A stretch of DNA of 64,000 bases from the human T2T-CHM13v2.0 reference genome, Homo sapiens (GCF_009914755.1 NC_060926.1), one strand, 5' to 3'; positions 34,694-49,600 are shown, counted from the first letter of the stretch. Notes: generated from the letters alone by a model not told the origin. Made by a program: numbers and translations.

Positions 34694-37600
34694 CATTCTC
34701 AGAATCTTATTTGTGATGTGCGCCCTCAACTAACAGTGTTGAAGCATTCTTTTGATAGAGCAGTTTTGAAACACTCTTTTTGTAAAATCTGCAAGAGGAT
34801 ATTTGGATAGCTTTGAGGATTTCGTTGGAAACGGGATTGTCTTCATATAAACTCTAGACAGAAGCATTCTCAGAAGCTTCATTGGGATGTTTCAATTGAA
34901 GTCACAGTGTTGAACAGTCCCTTTCATAGAGCAGGTTTGAAACACTCTTTTTGTAGTATCTGGAAGTGGACATTTGGAGCGCTCTCAGGACTGCGGTGAA
35001 AAAGGAAATATCTTCCAATAAAAGCTAGATAGAAGCAATGTCAGAAACTTTTTCATGATGTATCTACTCAGCTAACAGAGTTGAACCTTCATTTGAGAGA
35101 GCAGTTTTGAAACACTCGTTTTGTGGAATCTGCAAGTGGATATTTGTCTAGCTTTGAGGATTTCGTTGGAAACGGGATTACATATAAAAATCAGACAGCA
35201 GCATTCCCAGAAACTTCTTTGTGATGTTTGCATTCAAGTCACAGAGTTGAACATTCCCTTTCATAGAGCAGGTTTGAAACACTCTTTTTGTAGTATCTGG
35301 ATGTGGACATTTGCAGCGCTTTCAGGCCTAAGGTGAAAAAGGAAATATCTTCCCCTGAAAACTAGACAGAAGCATTCTCAGAAACTTATTTGTGATGTGC
35401 GCCCTCAACTAACAGTGTTGAACCTTTCTGTTGATAGAGCAGTTTTGAAACACACTTTTTGTAATATCTGCAAGAGGATATTTGGATAGTTTGAGGATTT
35501 CGTTGGAAACGGGATTGTCTTCATATAAACTCTAGACAGAAGCATTCTCAGAAGCTTCATTGGGATGTTTCAATTGAAGTCACAGTGTTGAACAGTTCCT
35601 TTCATAGAACAGGTTTTAAACACTCTTTTTGTAGTATCTGGAAGTGGACATTTGGAGCGCTCCCAGGACTATGGTGAAAAAGGAAATATCTTCCAATAAA
35701 AGCTACATAGAAGCAATGTCAGAAACTTTTTCATGATGTATCTACTCAGCTAACAGAGTTGAACCTTTACTTTGAGAGAGCAGTTTTGAAACACTCTTTT
35801 TGTGGAATCTGCAAGTGGATATTTGTCTAGCTTTGAGGATTTCGTTGGAAACGGGATTACATATAAAAAGCAGACAGCAGCATTCCCAGTAACTTCTTTG
35901 TGATGTTTGCATTCAAGTCACAGAGTTGAACATTCCCTTTCATAGAGCAGGTTTGAAACACTCTTTTTGTAGTATCTGGATGTGGACATTTGGAGCGCTT
36001 TCAGGCCTATGGTGAAAAAGGAAATATCTTCCCCTGAAAACTAGACAGAAGCATTCTCAGAAACTTATTTGTGATGTGCGCCCTCAACTAACAGTGTTGA
36101 ACCTTTCTTTTGATAGAGCAGTTTTGAAACACTCTTTTTGTAATATCTGCAAGAGGATATTTGGATAGCTTTGAGGATTTCGTTGGAAACGGGATTACAT
36201 ATAAAAACAGACAGCAGCATTCCCAGAATCTTGTTTGTGATGTTTGCATTCAAGTCAGAGTTGAACATTCCCTTTCAGAGAGCAGGTTTGAAACACTCTT
36301 TTTATAGTATCTGGATGTGGACATTTGGAGCGCTTTCAGGCCTATGGTGAAAAAGGAAATATCTTCTCCTGAAAACTAGACAGAAGCATTCTCAGAATCT
36401 TATTTGTGATGTGCGCCCTCAACTAACAGTGTTGAAGCTTTCTTTTGATAGAGCAGTTTTGAAACACTCTTTTCGTAAAATCTGCAAGAGGATATTTTGA
36501 TAGCTTTGAGGATTTCGTTGGAAACGGGATTGTCTTCATATAAACTCTAGACAGAAGCATTCTCAGAAGCTTCATTGGGATGTTTCAATTGAAGTCACTG
36601 TGTTGAACAGTCCCTTTCATAGAGCAGGTTTGAAACACTCTTTTTGTAGTATCTGGAAGTGGACATTTGGAGCGCTCTCAGGACTACGGTGATAAAGGAA
36701 ATATCTTCCAATAAAAGCTAGATAGATGCAATGTCAGAAACTTTTTCATGATGTATCTACTCAGCTAACAGAGTTGAACCTTTCCTTTGAGAGAGCAGTT
36801 TTGAAACACTCTTTTTGTTGAATCTGCAAGTGGATATTTGTCTAGCTTTGAGGATTTCGTTGGAAACGGGATTACATATAAAAAGCATACAGCAGCATTC
36901 CCAGTAACTTCTTTGTGATGTTTGCATTCAAGTCACAGAGTTGAACATTCCCTTTCATAGAGCAGGTTTGAAACACTCTTTTTGTAGTATCTGGATGTGG
37001 ACATTTGGAGCGCTTTCAGGCCTATGGTGAAAAAGGAAATATCTTCCCCTGAAAACTAGACAGAAGCATTCTCAGAAACTTATTTGTTATGTGCGCCCTC
37101 AATTAACAGTGTTGAACCTTTCTTTTGATAGAGCAGTTTTGAAACACTCTTTTTGTAATATCTGCAAGAGGATATTTGGATAGCTTTGAGGATTTCGTTG
37201 GAAACGGGATTACATATAAAAAGCAGACAGCAGCATTCCCAGAATCTTGTTTGTGATGTTTGCATTCAAGTCACAGAGTTGAACATTCCCTTTCAGAGAG
37301 CAGGTTTGAAACACTCTTTTTATAGTATCTGGATGTGGACATTTGGAGCGCTTTCAGGCCTATGGTGAAAAAGGAAATATCTTCTCCTGAAAACTAGACA
37401 GAAGCATTCTCAGAATCTTATTTGTGATGTGCGCCCTCAACTAACAGTGTTGAAGCTTTCTTTTGATAGAGCAGTTTTGAAACACTCTTTTTGTAAAATC
37501 TGCAAGAGGATATTTGGATAGCTTTGAGGATTTCGTTGGAAACGGGATTGTCTTCATATAAACTCTAGACAGAAGCATTCTCAGAATCTTCATTGGGATG

Positions 37601-37699
37601 TTTCAATTGAAGTCACAGTGTTGAACAGTCCCTTTCATAGAGCAGGTTTGAAACACTCTTTTTGTAGTATCTGGAAGTGGACATTTGGAGAGATCTCAG

Positions 37700-40600
37700 G
37701 AATACGGTGATAAAGGAAATATCTTCCAATAAAAGCTAGATAGAAGCAATGTCAGAAACTTTTTCATGATGTATCTACTCAGCTAACAGAGTTGAACCTT
37801 TCTTTTGAGAGAGCAGTTTTGAAACACTCTTTTTGTGGAATATGCAAGTGGATATTTGTCTAGCTTTGAGGATTTCGTTGGAAACGGGATTACATATAAA
37901 AAGCAGACAGCAGCATTCCCAGAAACTTCTTTGTGATGTTTGCATTCAAGTTACAGAGTTGAACATTCCCTTTCATAGAGCAGGTTTGAAACACTCTTTT
38001 TGTAGTATCTCTATGTGGACATTTGGAGCGCTTTCAGGCCTATGGTGAAAAAGGAAATATCTTCCCCTGAAAACTAGACAGAAGAATTCTCAGAATCTTA
38101 TTTGTGATGTGCGCCCTCAACTAACAGTGTTGAAGCTTTCTTTTGATAGAGCAGTTTTGAAACACCCTTTTTGTAAAATCTGCAAGAGGATATTTGGATA
38201 GCTTTGAGGATTTCGTTGGAAACGGTATTGTCTTCATATAAACTCTAGACAGAAGCATTCTCAGAAGCGTCATTGGGATGTTTCAATTGAAGTCACAGTG
38301 TTGAACAGTCCCTTTCATAGAGCAGGTTTGAAACACTCTTTTTGTAGTATCTGGATGTGGACATTTGGAGCGCTTTCAGGCCTATGGTTTAAAAGGAAAT
38401 ATCTTCCCCTGAAAACTAGACAGAAGCATTCTCAGAAACTTATTTGTGATGTGCGCCCTCAACTAACAGTGTTGAAGCATTCTTTTGATAGAGCAGTTTT
38501 GAAACACTCTTTTTGTGGAATCTGCAAGTGGATATTTGTCTAGCTTTGAGGATTTCGTTGTTAACGGGATTACATATAAAAAGCAGACAGCAGCATTCCC
38601 AGAAACTTCTTTGTGATGTTTGCATTAAAGTCACAGAGTTGAACATTCCCTTTCATAGAGCAGGTTTGAAACACTCTTTTTGTAGTATCTGGATGTGGAC
38701 ATTTGGAGCGCTTTCAGGCCTATGGTGAAAAAGGAAATATCTTCCCCTGAAAACTAGACAGAAGCATTCTCAGAATCTTATTTGTGATGTGCGCCCTCAA
38801 CTAACAGTGTTGAAGCTTTCTTTTGATAGAGCAGTTTTGAAACACTCTTTTTGTAAAATCTGCAAGAGGATATTTGGATAGCTTTGAGGATTTCGTTGGA
38901 AACGGGATTGTCTTCATATAAACTCTAGACAGAAGCATTCTCAGAAGCTTCATTGGGATGTTTCAATTGAAGTCACAGTGTTGAACAGTCCCTTTCATAG
39001 AGCAGGTTTGAAACACTCTTTTTGTAGTATCTGGAAGTGGACATTTGGAGCGCTCTCAGGACTGCGGTGAAAAAGGAAATATCTTCCAATAAAAGCTAGA
39101 TAGAAGCAATGTCAGAAACTTTTTCATGATGTATCTACTCAGCTAACAGAGTTGAACCTTCCTTTGAGAGAGCAGTTTTTAAACACTCTTTTTGTGGAAT
39201 CTGCAAGTGGATATTTGTCTAGCTTTGAGGATTTCGTTGGAAACGGGATTACATATAAAAAGCAGACAGCAGCATTCCCAGAAACTTCTTTGTGATGTTT
39301 GCATTCAAGTCACAGAGTTGAACATTCCCTTTCATAGAGCAGGTTTGAAACACTCTTTTTGTAGTATCTGGATGTGGACATTTGCAGCGCTTTCAGGCCT
39401 AAGGTGAAAAAGGAAATATCTTCCCCTGAAAACTAGACAGAAGCATTCTCAGAAACTTATTTGTGATGTGCGCCCTCAACTAACAGTGTTGAACCTTTCT
39501 TTTGATAGAGCAGTTTTGAAACACTCTTTTTGTAATATCTGCAAGAGGATATTTGGATAGCTTTGAGGATTTCGTTGGAAACGGGATTGTCTTCATATAA
39601 ACTCTAGACAGAAGCATTCTCAGAAGCTTCATTGGGATGTTTCAATTGAAGTCACAGTGTTGAACATTTCCTTTCATAGAACAGGTTTGAAACACTCTTT
39701 TTGTAGTATCTGGAAGTGGACATTTGGAGCGCTCTCAGGACTATGGTGAAAAAGGAAATATCTTCCAATAAAAGCTACATAGAAGCAATGTCAGAAACTT
39801 TTTCATGATGTATCTACTCAGCTAACAGAGTTGAACCTTTCCTTTGAGAGAGCAGTTTTGAAACACTCTTTTTGTGGAATCTGCAAGTGGATATTTGTCT
39901 AGCTTTGAGGATTTCGTTGGAAACGGGATTACATATAAAAAGCAGACAGCAGCATTCCCAGTAACTTCTTTGTGATGTTTGCATTCAAGTCACAGAGTTG
40001 AACATTCCCTTTCATAGAGCAGGTTTGAAACACTCTTTTTGTAGTATCTGGATGTGGACATTTGGAGCGCTTTCAGGCCTACGGTGAAAAAGGAAATATC
40101 TTCCCCTGAAAACTAGACAGAAGCATTCTCAGAATCTTATTTGTGATGTGCGCCCTCAACTAACAGTGTTGAAGCTTTCTTTTGATAGAGCAGTTTTGAA
40201 ACACTCTTTTTGTAAAATCTGCAAGAGGATATTTGGATAGCTTTGAGGATTTCGTTGGAAACGGGATTGTCTTCATATAAACTCTAGACAGAAGCATTCT
40301 CAGAAGCTTCATTGGGATGTTTCAATTGAAGTCACACTGTTGAACAGTTCCTTTCATAGAACAGGTTTGAAACACTCTTTTTGTAGTATCTGGAAGTGGA
40401 CATTTGGAGCGCTCTCAGGACTACGGTGAAAAAGGAAATATCTTCCAATAAAAGCTACATAGAAGCAATGTCAGAAACTTTTTCATGATGTATCTACTCA
40501 GCTAACAGAGTTGAACCTTTCCTTTGAGAGAGCAGTTTTGAAACACTCTTTTTGTGGAATCTGCAAGTGGATATTTGTCTAGCTTTGAGGATTTCGTTGG

Positions 40601-43600
40601 AAACGGGATTACATATAAAAAGCAGACAGCAGCATTCCCAGTAACTTCTTTGTGATGTTTGCATTCAAGTCAGAGAGTTGAACATTCCCTTTCATAGAGC
40701 AGGTTTGAAACACTCTTTTTGTAGTATCTGGATGTGGACATTTGGAGCGCTTTCAGGCCTATGGTGAAAAAGGAAATATCTTCCCCTGAAAACTAGACAG
40801 AAGCATTCTCAGAAACTTATTTGTGATGTGCGCCCTCAACTAACAGTGTTGAACCTTTCTTTTGATAGAGCAGTTTTGAAACACTCTTTTTGTAAAATCT
40901 GCAAGAGGATATTTGGATAGCTTTGAGGATTTCGTTGGAAACGGGATTGTCTTCATATAAACTCTAGACAGAAGCATTCTCAGAAGCTTCATTGGGAGGT
41001 TTCAATTGAAGTCACAGTGTTGAACAGTCCCTTTCATAGAGCAGGTTTGAAACACTCTTTTTGTAGTATCTGGAAGTGGACATTTGGAGCGCTCTCAGGA
41101 CTACGGTGATAAAGGAAATATCTTCCAATAAAAGCTAGATAGAAGCAATGTCAGAAACTTTTTCATGATGTATCTACTCAGCTAACAGAGTTGAACCTTT
41201 CCTTTGAGAGAGCAGTTTTGAAACACTCTTTTTGTGGAATCTGCAAGTGGATATTTGTCTAGCTTTGAGGATTTCGTTGCAAACGGGTTTACATATAAAA
41301 AGCAGACAGCAGCATTCCCAGAATCTTCTTTGTGATGTTTGCATTCAAGTCACAGAGTTGAACATTCCCTTTCATAGAGCAGGTTTGAAACACTCTTTTT
41401 GTAGTATCTGGATGTGGACATTTGGAGCGCTTTCAGGCCTATGGTGAAAAAGGAAATATCTTCCCCTGAAAACTAGACAGAAGCATTCTCAGAATCTTAT
41501 TTGTGATGTGCGCCCTCAACTAACAGTGTTGAAGCTTTCTTTTGATAGAGCAGTTTTGAAACACTCTTTTTGTAAAATCTGCAAGAGGATATTTGGATAG
41601 CTTTGAGGATTTCGTTGGAAACGGGATTGTCTTCATATAAACTCTAGACAGAAGCATTCTCAGAAGCGTCATTGGGATGTTTCAATTGAAGTCACAGTGT
41701 TGAACAGTCCCTTTCATAGAGCAGGTTTGAAACACTCTTTTTGTAGTATCTGGATGTGGACATTTGGAGCGCTTTCAGGCCTATGGTTTAAAAGGAAATA
41801 TCTTCCCCTGAAAACTAGACAGAAGCATTCTCAGAAACTTATTTGTGATGTGCGCCCTCAACTAACAGTGTTGAAGCATTCTTTTGATAGAACAGTTTTG
41901 AAACACTCTTTTTGTGGAATCTGCAAGTGGATATTTGTCTAGCTTTGAGGATTTCGTTGGAAACGGGATTACATATAAAAAGCAGACAGCAGCATTCGCA
42001 GAAACTTCTTTGTGATGTTTGCATTCAAGTCACAGAGTTGAACATTCCCTTTCATAGAGCAGGTTTGAAACACTCTTTTTGTAGTATCTGGATGTGGACA
42101 TTTGGAGCGCTTTCAGGCCTATGGTGAAAAAGGAAATATCTTCCCCTGAAAACTAGACAGAAGCATTCTCAGAAACTTATTTGTGATGTGCGCCCTCAAC
42201 TAACAGTGTTGAAGCTTTCTTTTGATAGAGCAGTTTTGAAACACTCTTTTTGTAATATCTGCAAGAGGATATTTGGATAGCTTTGAGGATTTCGTTGGAA
42301 ACGGGATTGTCTTCATATAAACTCTAGACAGAAGCATTCTCAGAAGCTTCATTGGGATGTTTCAATTGAAGTCACAGTGTTGAACAGTCCCTTTCATAGA
42401 GCAGGTTTGAAACACTCTTTTTGTAGTATCTGGATGTGGACATTTGGAGCGCTTTCAGGCCTATGGTTTAAAAGGAAATATCTTCCCCTGAAAACTAGAC
42501 AGAAGCATTCTCAGAAACTTATTTGTGATGTGCGCCCTCAACTAACAGTGTTGAAGCATTCTTTTGATAGAGCAGTTTTGAAACACTCTTTTTGTGGAAT
42601 CTGCAAGTGGATATTTGTCTAGCTTTGAGGATTTCGTTGGAAACGGGATTACATATAAAAAGCAGACAGCAGCATTCCCAGGAACATCTTTGTGATGTTT
42701 GCATTCAAGTCACAGAGTTGAACATTCCCTTTCATAGAGCAGGTTTGAAACACTCTTTTTGTAGTATCTGGATGTGGACATTTGGAGCGCTTTCAGGCCT
42801 ATGGTGAAAAAGGAAATATCTTCCCCTGAAAACTAGACAGAAGCATTCTCAGAAACTTATTTGTGATGTGCGCCCTCAACTAACAGTGTTGAACCTTTCT
42901 TTTGATAGAGCAGTTTTGAAACACTCTTTTTGTAATATCTGCAAGAGGATATTTGGATAGCTTTGAGGATTTCGTTGGAAACGGGATTGTCTTCATATAA
43001 ACTCTAGACAGAAGCATTCTCAGAAGCTTCATTGGGATGTTTCAATTGAAGTCACAGTGTTGAACAGTCCCTTTCATAGAGCAGGTTTGAAACACTCTTT
43101 TTGTAGTATCTGGAAGTGGACATTTGGAGAGATCTCAGGAATACGGTGATAAAGGAAATATCTTCCAATAAAAGCTAGATAGAAGCAATGTCAGAAACTT
43201 TTTCATGATGTATCTACTCAGCTAACAGAGTTGAACCTTTCTTTTGAGAGAGCAGTTTTGAAACACTCTTTTTGTGGAATCTGCAAGTGGATATTTGTCT
43301 AGCTTTGAGGATTTCGTTGGAAACGGGATTACATATAAAAAGCAGACAGCAGCATTCCCAGAAACTTCTTTGTGATGTTTGCATTCAAGTCACAGAGTTG
43401 AACATTCCCTTTCATAGAGCAGGTTTGAAACACTCTTTTTGTAGTATCTGGATGTGGACATTTGGAGCGCTTTCAGGCCTATGGTGAAAAAGGAAATATC
43501 TTCCCCTGAGAACTAGACAGAAGCATTCTCAGAAACTTATTTGTGATGTGCGCCCTCAACTAACAGTGTTGAACCTTTCTTTTGATAGAGCAGTTTTGAA

Positions 43601-46600
43601 ACACTCTTTTTGTAATATCTGCAAGAGGATATTTGGATAGCTTTGAGGATTTCGTTGGAAACGGGATTGTCTTCATATAAACTCTAGACAGAAGCATTCT
43701 CAGAAGCTTCATTGGGATGTTTCAATTGAAGTCACAGTGTTGAACAGTCCCTTTCATAGAGCAGGTTTGAAACACTCTTTTTGTAGTATCTGGATGTGGA
43801 CATTTGGAGCGCTTTCAGGCCTATGGTTTAAAAGGAAATATCTTCCCCTGAAAACTAGACAGAAGCATTCTCAGAAACTTATTTGTGATGTGCGCCCTCA
43901 ACTAACAGTGTTGAAGCATTCCTTTGATAGAGCAGTTTTGAAACACTCTTTTTGTGGAATCTGCAAGTGGATATTTGTCTATCTTTGAGGATTTCGTTGG
44001 AAACGGGATTACATATAAAAAGCAGACAGCAGCATTCCCAGAAACTTCTTTGTGATGTTTGCATTCAAGTCACAGAGTTGAACATTCCCTTTCATAGAGC
44101 AGGTTTGAAACACTCTTTTTGTAGTATCTGGATGTGGACATTTGGAGCGCTTTCAGGCCTATGGTGAAAAAGGAAATATCTTCCCCTGAAAACTAGACAG
44201 AAGCATTCTCAGAAACTTATTTGTGATGTGCGCCCTCAACTAACAGTGTTGAACCTTTCTTTTGATAGAGCAGTTTTGAAACACTCTTTTTGTAATATCT
44301 GCAAGAGGATATTTGGATAGCTTTGAGGATTTCGTTGGAAACGGGATTGTCTTCATATAAACTCTAGACAGAAGCATTCTCAGAAGCTTCATTGGGATGT
44401 TTCAATTGAAGTCACAGTGTTGAACAGTTCCCTTCATAGAACAGGTTTGAAACACTCTTTTTGTAGTATCTGGAAGTGGACATTTGGAGCGCTCTCAGGA
44501 CTATGGTGAAAAAGGAAATATCTTCCAATAAAAGCTACATAGAAGCAATGTCAGAAACTTTTTCATGATGTATCTACTCAGCTAACAGAGTTGAACCTTT
44601 CCTTTGAGAGAGCAGTTTTGAAACACTCTTTTTGTGGAATCTGCAAGTGGATATTTGCTTAGCTTTGAGGATTTCGTTGGAAACGGGATTACATATAAAA
44701 AGCAGACAGCAGCATTCCCAGTAACTTCTTTGTGATGTTTGCATTCAAGTCACAGAGTTGAACATGCCCTTTCATAGAGCAGGTTTGAAACACTCTTTTT
44801 GTAGTATCTGGATGTGGACATTTGGAGCGCTTTCAGGCCTATGGTGAAAAAGGAAATATCTTCCCCTGAAAACTAGACAGAAGCATTCTCAGAATCTTAT
44901 TTGTGATGTGCGCCCTCAACTAACAGTGTTGAAGCTTTCTTTTGATAGAGCAGTTTTGAAACACTCTTTTTGTAAAATCTGCAAGAGGATATTTGGATAG
45001 CTTTGAGGATTTCGTTGGAAACGGGATTGTCTTCATATAAACTCTAGACAGAAGCATTCTCAGAAGCTTCATTGGGATGTTTCAATTGAAGTCACAGTGT
45101 TGAACAGTCCCTTTCATAGAGCAGGTTTGAAACACTCTTTTTGTAGTATCTGGATGTGGACATTTGGAGCGCTTTCAGGCCTATGGTTTAAAAGGAAATA
45201 TCTTCCCCTGAAAACTAGACAGAAGCATTCTCAGAAACTTATTTGTGATGTGCGCCCTCAACTAACAGTGTTGAAGCATTCTTTTGATAGAGCAGTTTTG
45301 AAACACTCTTTTTGTGGAATCTGCAAGTGGATATTTGTCTAGCTTTGAGGATTTCGTTGGAAACGGGATTACATATAAAAAGCAGACAGCAGCATTCCCA
45401 GAAACTTCTTTGTGATGTTTGCATTCAAGTCACAGAGTTGAACATTCCCTTTCATAGAGCAGGTTTGAAACACTCTTTTTGTAGTATCTGGATGTGGACA
45501 TTTGGAGCGCTTTCAGGCCTATGGTGAAAAAGGAAATATCTTCCCCTGAAAACTAGACAGAAGCATTCTCAGAAACTTATTCGTGATGTGCGCCCTCAAC
45601 TAACAGTGTTGAAGCTTTCTTTTGATAGAGCAGTTTTGAAACACTCTTTTTGTAATATCTGCAAGAGGATATTTGGATAGCTTTGAGGATTTCGTTGGAA
45701 ACGGGATTGTCTTCATATAAACTCTAGACAGAAGCATTCTCAGAAGCTTCATTGGGATGTTTCAATTGAAGTCACAGTGTTGAACAGTCCCTTTCATAGA
45801 GCAGGTTTGAAACACTCTTTTTGTAGTATCTGGATGTGGACATTTGGAGCGCTTTCAGGCCTATGGTTTAAAAGGAAATATCTTCCCCTGAAAAGTAGAC
45901 AGAAGCATTCTCAGAAACTTATTTGTGATGTGTGCCCTCAACTAACAGTGTTGAAGCATTCTTTTGATAGAGCAGTTTTGAAACACTCTTTTTGTGGAAT
46001 CTGCAAGTGGATATTTGTCTAGCTTTGAGGATTTCGTTGGAAACGGGATTACATATAAAAAGCAGACAGCAGCATTCCCAGAAACTTCTTTGTGATGTTT
46101 GCATTCAAGTCACAGAGTTGAACATTCCCTTTCATAGAGCAGGTTTGAAACACTCTTTTTGTAGTATCTGGATGTGGACATTTGGAGCGCTTTCAGGCCT
46201 ATGGTGAAAAAGGAAATATCTTCCCCTGAAAACTAGACAGAAGCATTCTCAGAAACTTATTTGTAATGTGCGCCCTCAAGTAACAGTGTTGAACCTTTCT
46301 TTTGATAGAGCAGTTTTGAAACACTCTTTTTGTAATATCTGCAAGAGGATATTTGGATAGCTTTGAGGATTTCGTTGGAAACGGGATTGTCTTCATATAA
46401 AATCTAGACAGAAGCATTCTCAGAAGCTTCATTGGGATGTTTCAATTGAAGTCACAGTGTTGAACAGTCCCTTTCATAGAGCAGGTTTGAAACACTCTTT
46501 TTGTAGTATCTGGAAGTGGACATTTGGAGAGATCTCAGCAATACGGTGATAAAGGAAATATCTTCCAATAAAAGCTAGATAGAAGCAATGTCAGAAACTT

Positions 46601-49600
46601 TTTCATGATGTATCTACTCAGCTAACAGAGTTGAACCTTTCTTTTGAGAGAGCAGTTTTGAAACACTCTTTTTGTGGAATCTGCAAGTGGATATTTGTCT
46701 AGCTTTGAGGATTTCGTTGGAAACGGGATTACATATAAAAAGCAGACAGCAGCATTCCCAGAAACTTCTTTGTGATGTTTGCATTCAAGTTACAGAGTTG
46801 AACATTCCCTTTCATAGAGCAGGTTTGAAACACTCTTTTTGTAGTATCTCTATGTGGACATTTGGAGCGCTTTCAGGCCTATGGTGAAAAAGGAAATATC
46901 TTCCCCTGAAAACTAGACAGAAGAATTCTCAGAATCTTATTTGTGATGTGCGCCCTCAACTAACAGTGTTGAAGCTTTCTTTTGATAGAGCAGTTTTGAA
47001 ACACTCTTTTTGTAAAATCTGCAAGAGGATATTTGGATAGCTTTGAGGATTTCGTTGGAAACGGTATTGTCTTCATATAAACTCTAGACAGAAGCATTCT
47101 CAGAAGCGTCATTGGGATGTTTCAATTGAAGTCACAGTGTTGAACAGTCCCTTTCATAGAGCAGGTTTGAAACACTCTTTTTGTAGTATCTGGATGTGGA
47201 CATTTGGAGCGCTTTCAGGCCTATGGTTTAAAAGGAAATATCTTCCCCTGAAAACTAGACAGAAGCATTCTCAGAAACTTATTTGTGATGTGCGCCCTCA
47301 ACTAACAGTGTTGAAGCATTCTTTTGATAGAGCAGTTTTGAAACACTCTTTTTGTGGAATCTGCAAGTGGATATTTGTCTAGCTTTGAGGATTTCGTTGT
47401 TAACGGGATTACATATAAAAAGCAGACAGCAGCATTCCCAGAAACTTCTTTGTGATGTTTGCATTAAAGTCACAGAGTTGAACATTCCCTTTCATAGAGC
47501 AGGTTTGAAACACTCTTTTTGTAGTATCTGGATGTGGACATTTGGAGCGCTTTCAGGCCTATGGTGAAAAAGGAAATATCTTCCCCTGAAAACTAGACAG
47601 AAGCATTCTCAGAATCTTATTTGTGATGTGCGCCCTCAACTAACAGTGTTGAAGCTTTCTTTTGATAGAGCAGTTTTGAAACACTCTTTTTGTAAAATCT
47701 GCAAGAGGATATTTGGATAGCTTTGAGGATTTCGTTGGAAACGGGATTGTCTTCATATAAACTCTAGACAGAAGCATTCTCAGAAGCTTCATTGGGATGT
47801 TTCAATTGAAGTCACAGTGTTGAACAGTCCCTTTCATAGAGCAGGTTTGAAACACTCTTTTTGTAGTATCTGGAAGTGGACATTTGGAGCGCTCTCAGGA
47901 CTGCGGTGAAAAAGGAAATATCTTCCAATAAAAGCTAGATAGAAGCAATGTCAGAAACTTTTTCATGATGTATCTACTCAGCTAACAGAGTTGAACCTTC
48001 CTTTGAGAGAGCAGTTTTTAAACACTCTTTTTGTGGAATCTGCAAGTGGATATTTGTCTAGCTTTGAGGATTTCGTTGGAAACGGGATTACATATAAAAA
48101 GCAGACAGCAGCATTCCCAGAAACTTCTTTGTGATGTTTGCATTCAAGTCACAGAGTTGAACATTCCCTTTCATAGAGCAGGTTTGAAACACTCTTTTTG
48201 TAGTATCTGGATGTGGACATTTGCAGCGCTTTCAGGCCTAAGGTGAAAAAGGAAATATCTTCCCCTGAAAACTAGACAGAAGCATTCTCAGAAACTTATT
48301 TGTGATGTGCGCCCTCAACTAACAGTGTTGAACCTTTCTTTTGATAGAGCAGTTTTGAAACACTCTTTTTGTAATATCTGCAAGAGGATATTTGGATAGC
48401 TTTGAGGATTTCGTTGGAAACGGGATTGTCTTCATATAAACTCTAGACAGAAGCATTCTCAGAAGCTTCATTGGGATGTTTCAATTGAAGTCACAGTGTT
48501 GAACATTTCCTTTCATAGAACAGGTTTGAAACACTCTTTTTGTAGTATCTGGAAGTGGACATTTGGAGCGCTCTCAGGACTATGGTGAAAAAGGAAATAT
48601 CTTCCAATAAAAGCTACATAGAAGCAATGTCAGAAACTTTTTCATGATGTATCTACTCAGCTAACAGAGTTGAACCTTTCCTTTGAGAGAGCAGTTTTGA
48701 AACACTCTTTTTGTGGAATCTGCAAGTGGATATTTGTCTAGCTTTGAGGATTTCGTTGGAAACGGGATTACATATAAAAAGCAGACAGCAGCATTCCCAG
48801 TAACTTCTTTGTGATGTTTGCATTCAAGTCACAGAGTTGAACATTCCCTTTCATAGAGCAGGTTTGAAACACTCTTTTTGTAGTATCTGGAAGTGGACAT
48901 TTGGAGAGATCTCAGGAATACGGTGATAAAGGAAATATCTTCCAATAAAAGCTAGATAGAAGCAATATCAGAAACTTTTTCATGATGTATCTACTCAGCT
49001 AACAGAGTTGAACCTTTCTTTTGAGAGAGCAGTTTTGAAACACTCTTTTTGTGGAATCTGCAAGTGGATATTTGTCTAGCTTTGAGGATTTCGTTGGAAA
49101 CGGGATTACATATAAAAAGCAGACAGCAGCATTCCCAGAAACTTCTTTGTGATGTTTGCATTCAAGTCACAGATTTGAACATTCCCTTTCATAGAGCAGG
49201 TTTGAAACACACTTTTTGTAGTATCTGTATGTGGACATTTGGAGCGCTTTCAGGCCTATGGTGAAAAAGGAAATATCTTCCCCTGAAAACTAGACAGAAG
49301 CATTCTCAGAAACCTATTTGTGATGTGCGCCCTCAACTAACAGTGTTTAACCTTTCTTTTGATAGAGCAGTTTTGAAACACTCTTTTTGTAATATCTGCA
49401 AGAGGATATTTGGATAGATTTGAGGATTTCGTTGGAAACGGGATTGTCTTCATATAAACTCTAGACAGAAGCATTCTCAGAAGCTTCATTGGGATGTTTC
49501 AATTGAAGTCACACTGTTGAACAGTTCCTTTCATAGAACAGGTTTGAAACACTCTTTTTGTAGTATCTGGAAGTGGACATTTGGAGCGCTCTCAGGACTA

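Noticed and set aside
41272-41288. Variant CENP-B box TTTCGTTGCAAACGGGT (and CGGGT variants near 50.46, 56.58 and 61.34 kb) as inactive boxes
   Set aside because: The changes are at non-essential positions 9 and 17, and the nTTCGnnnnAnnCGGGn core is intact.
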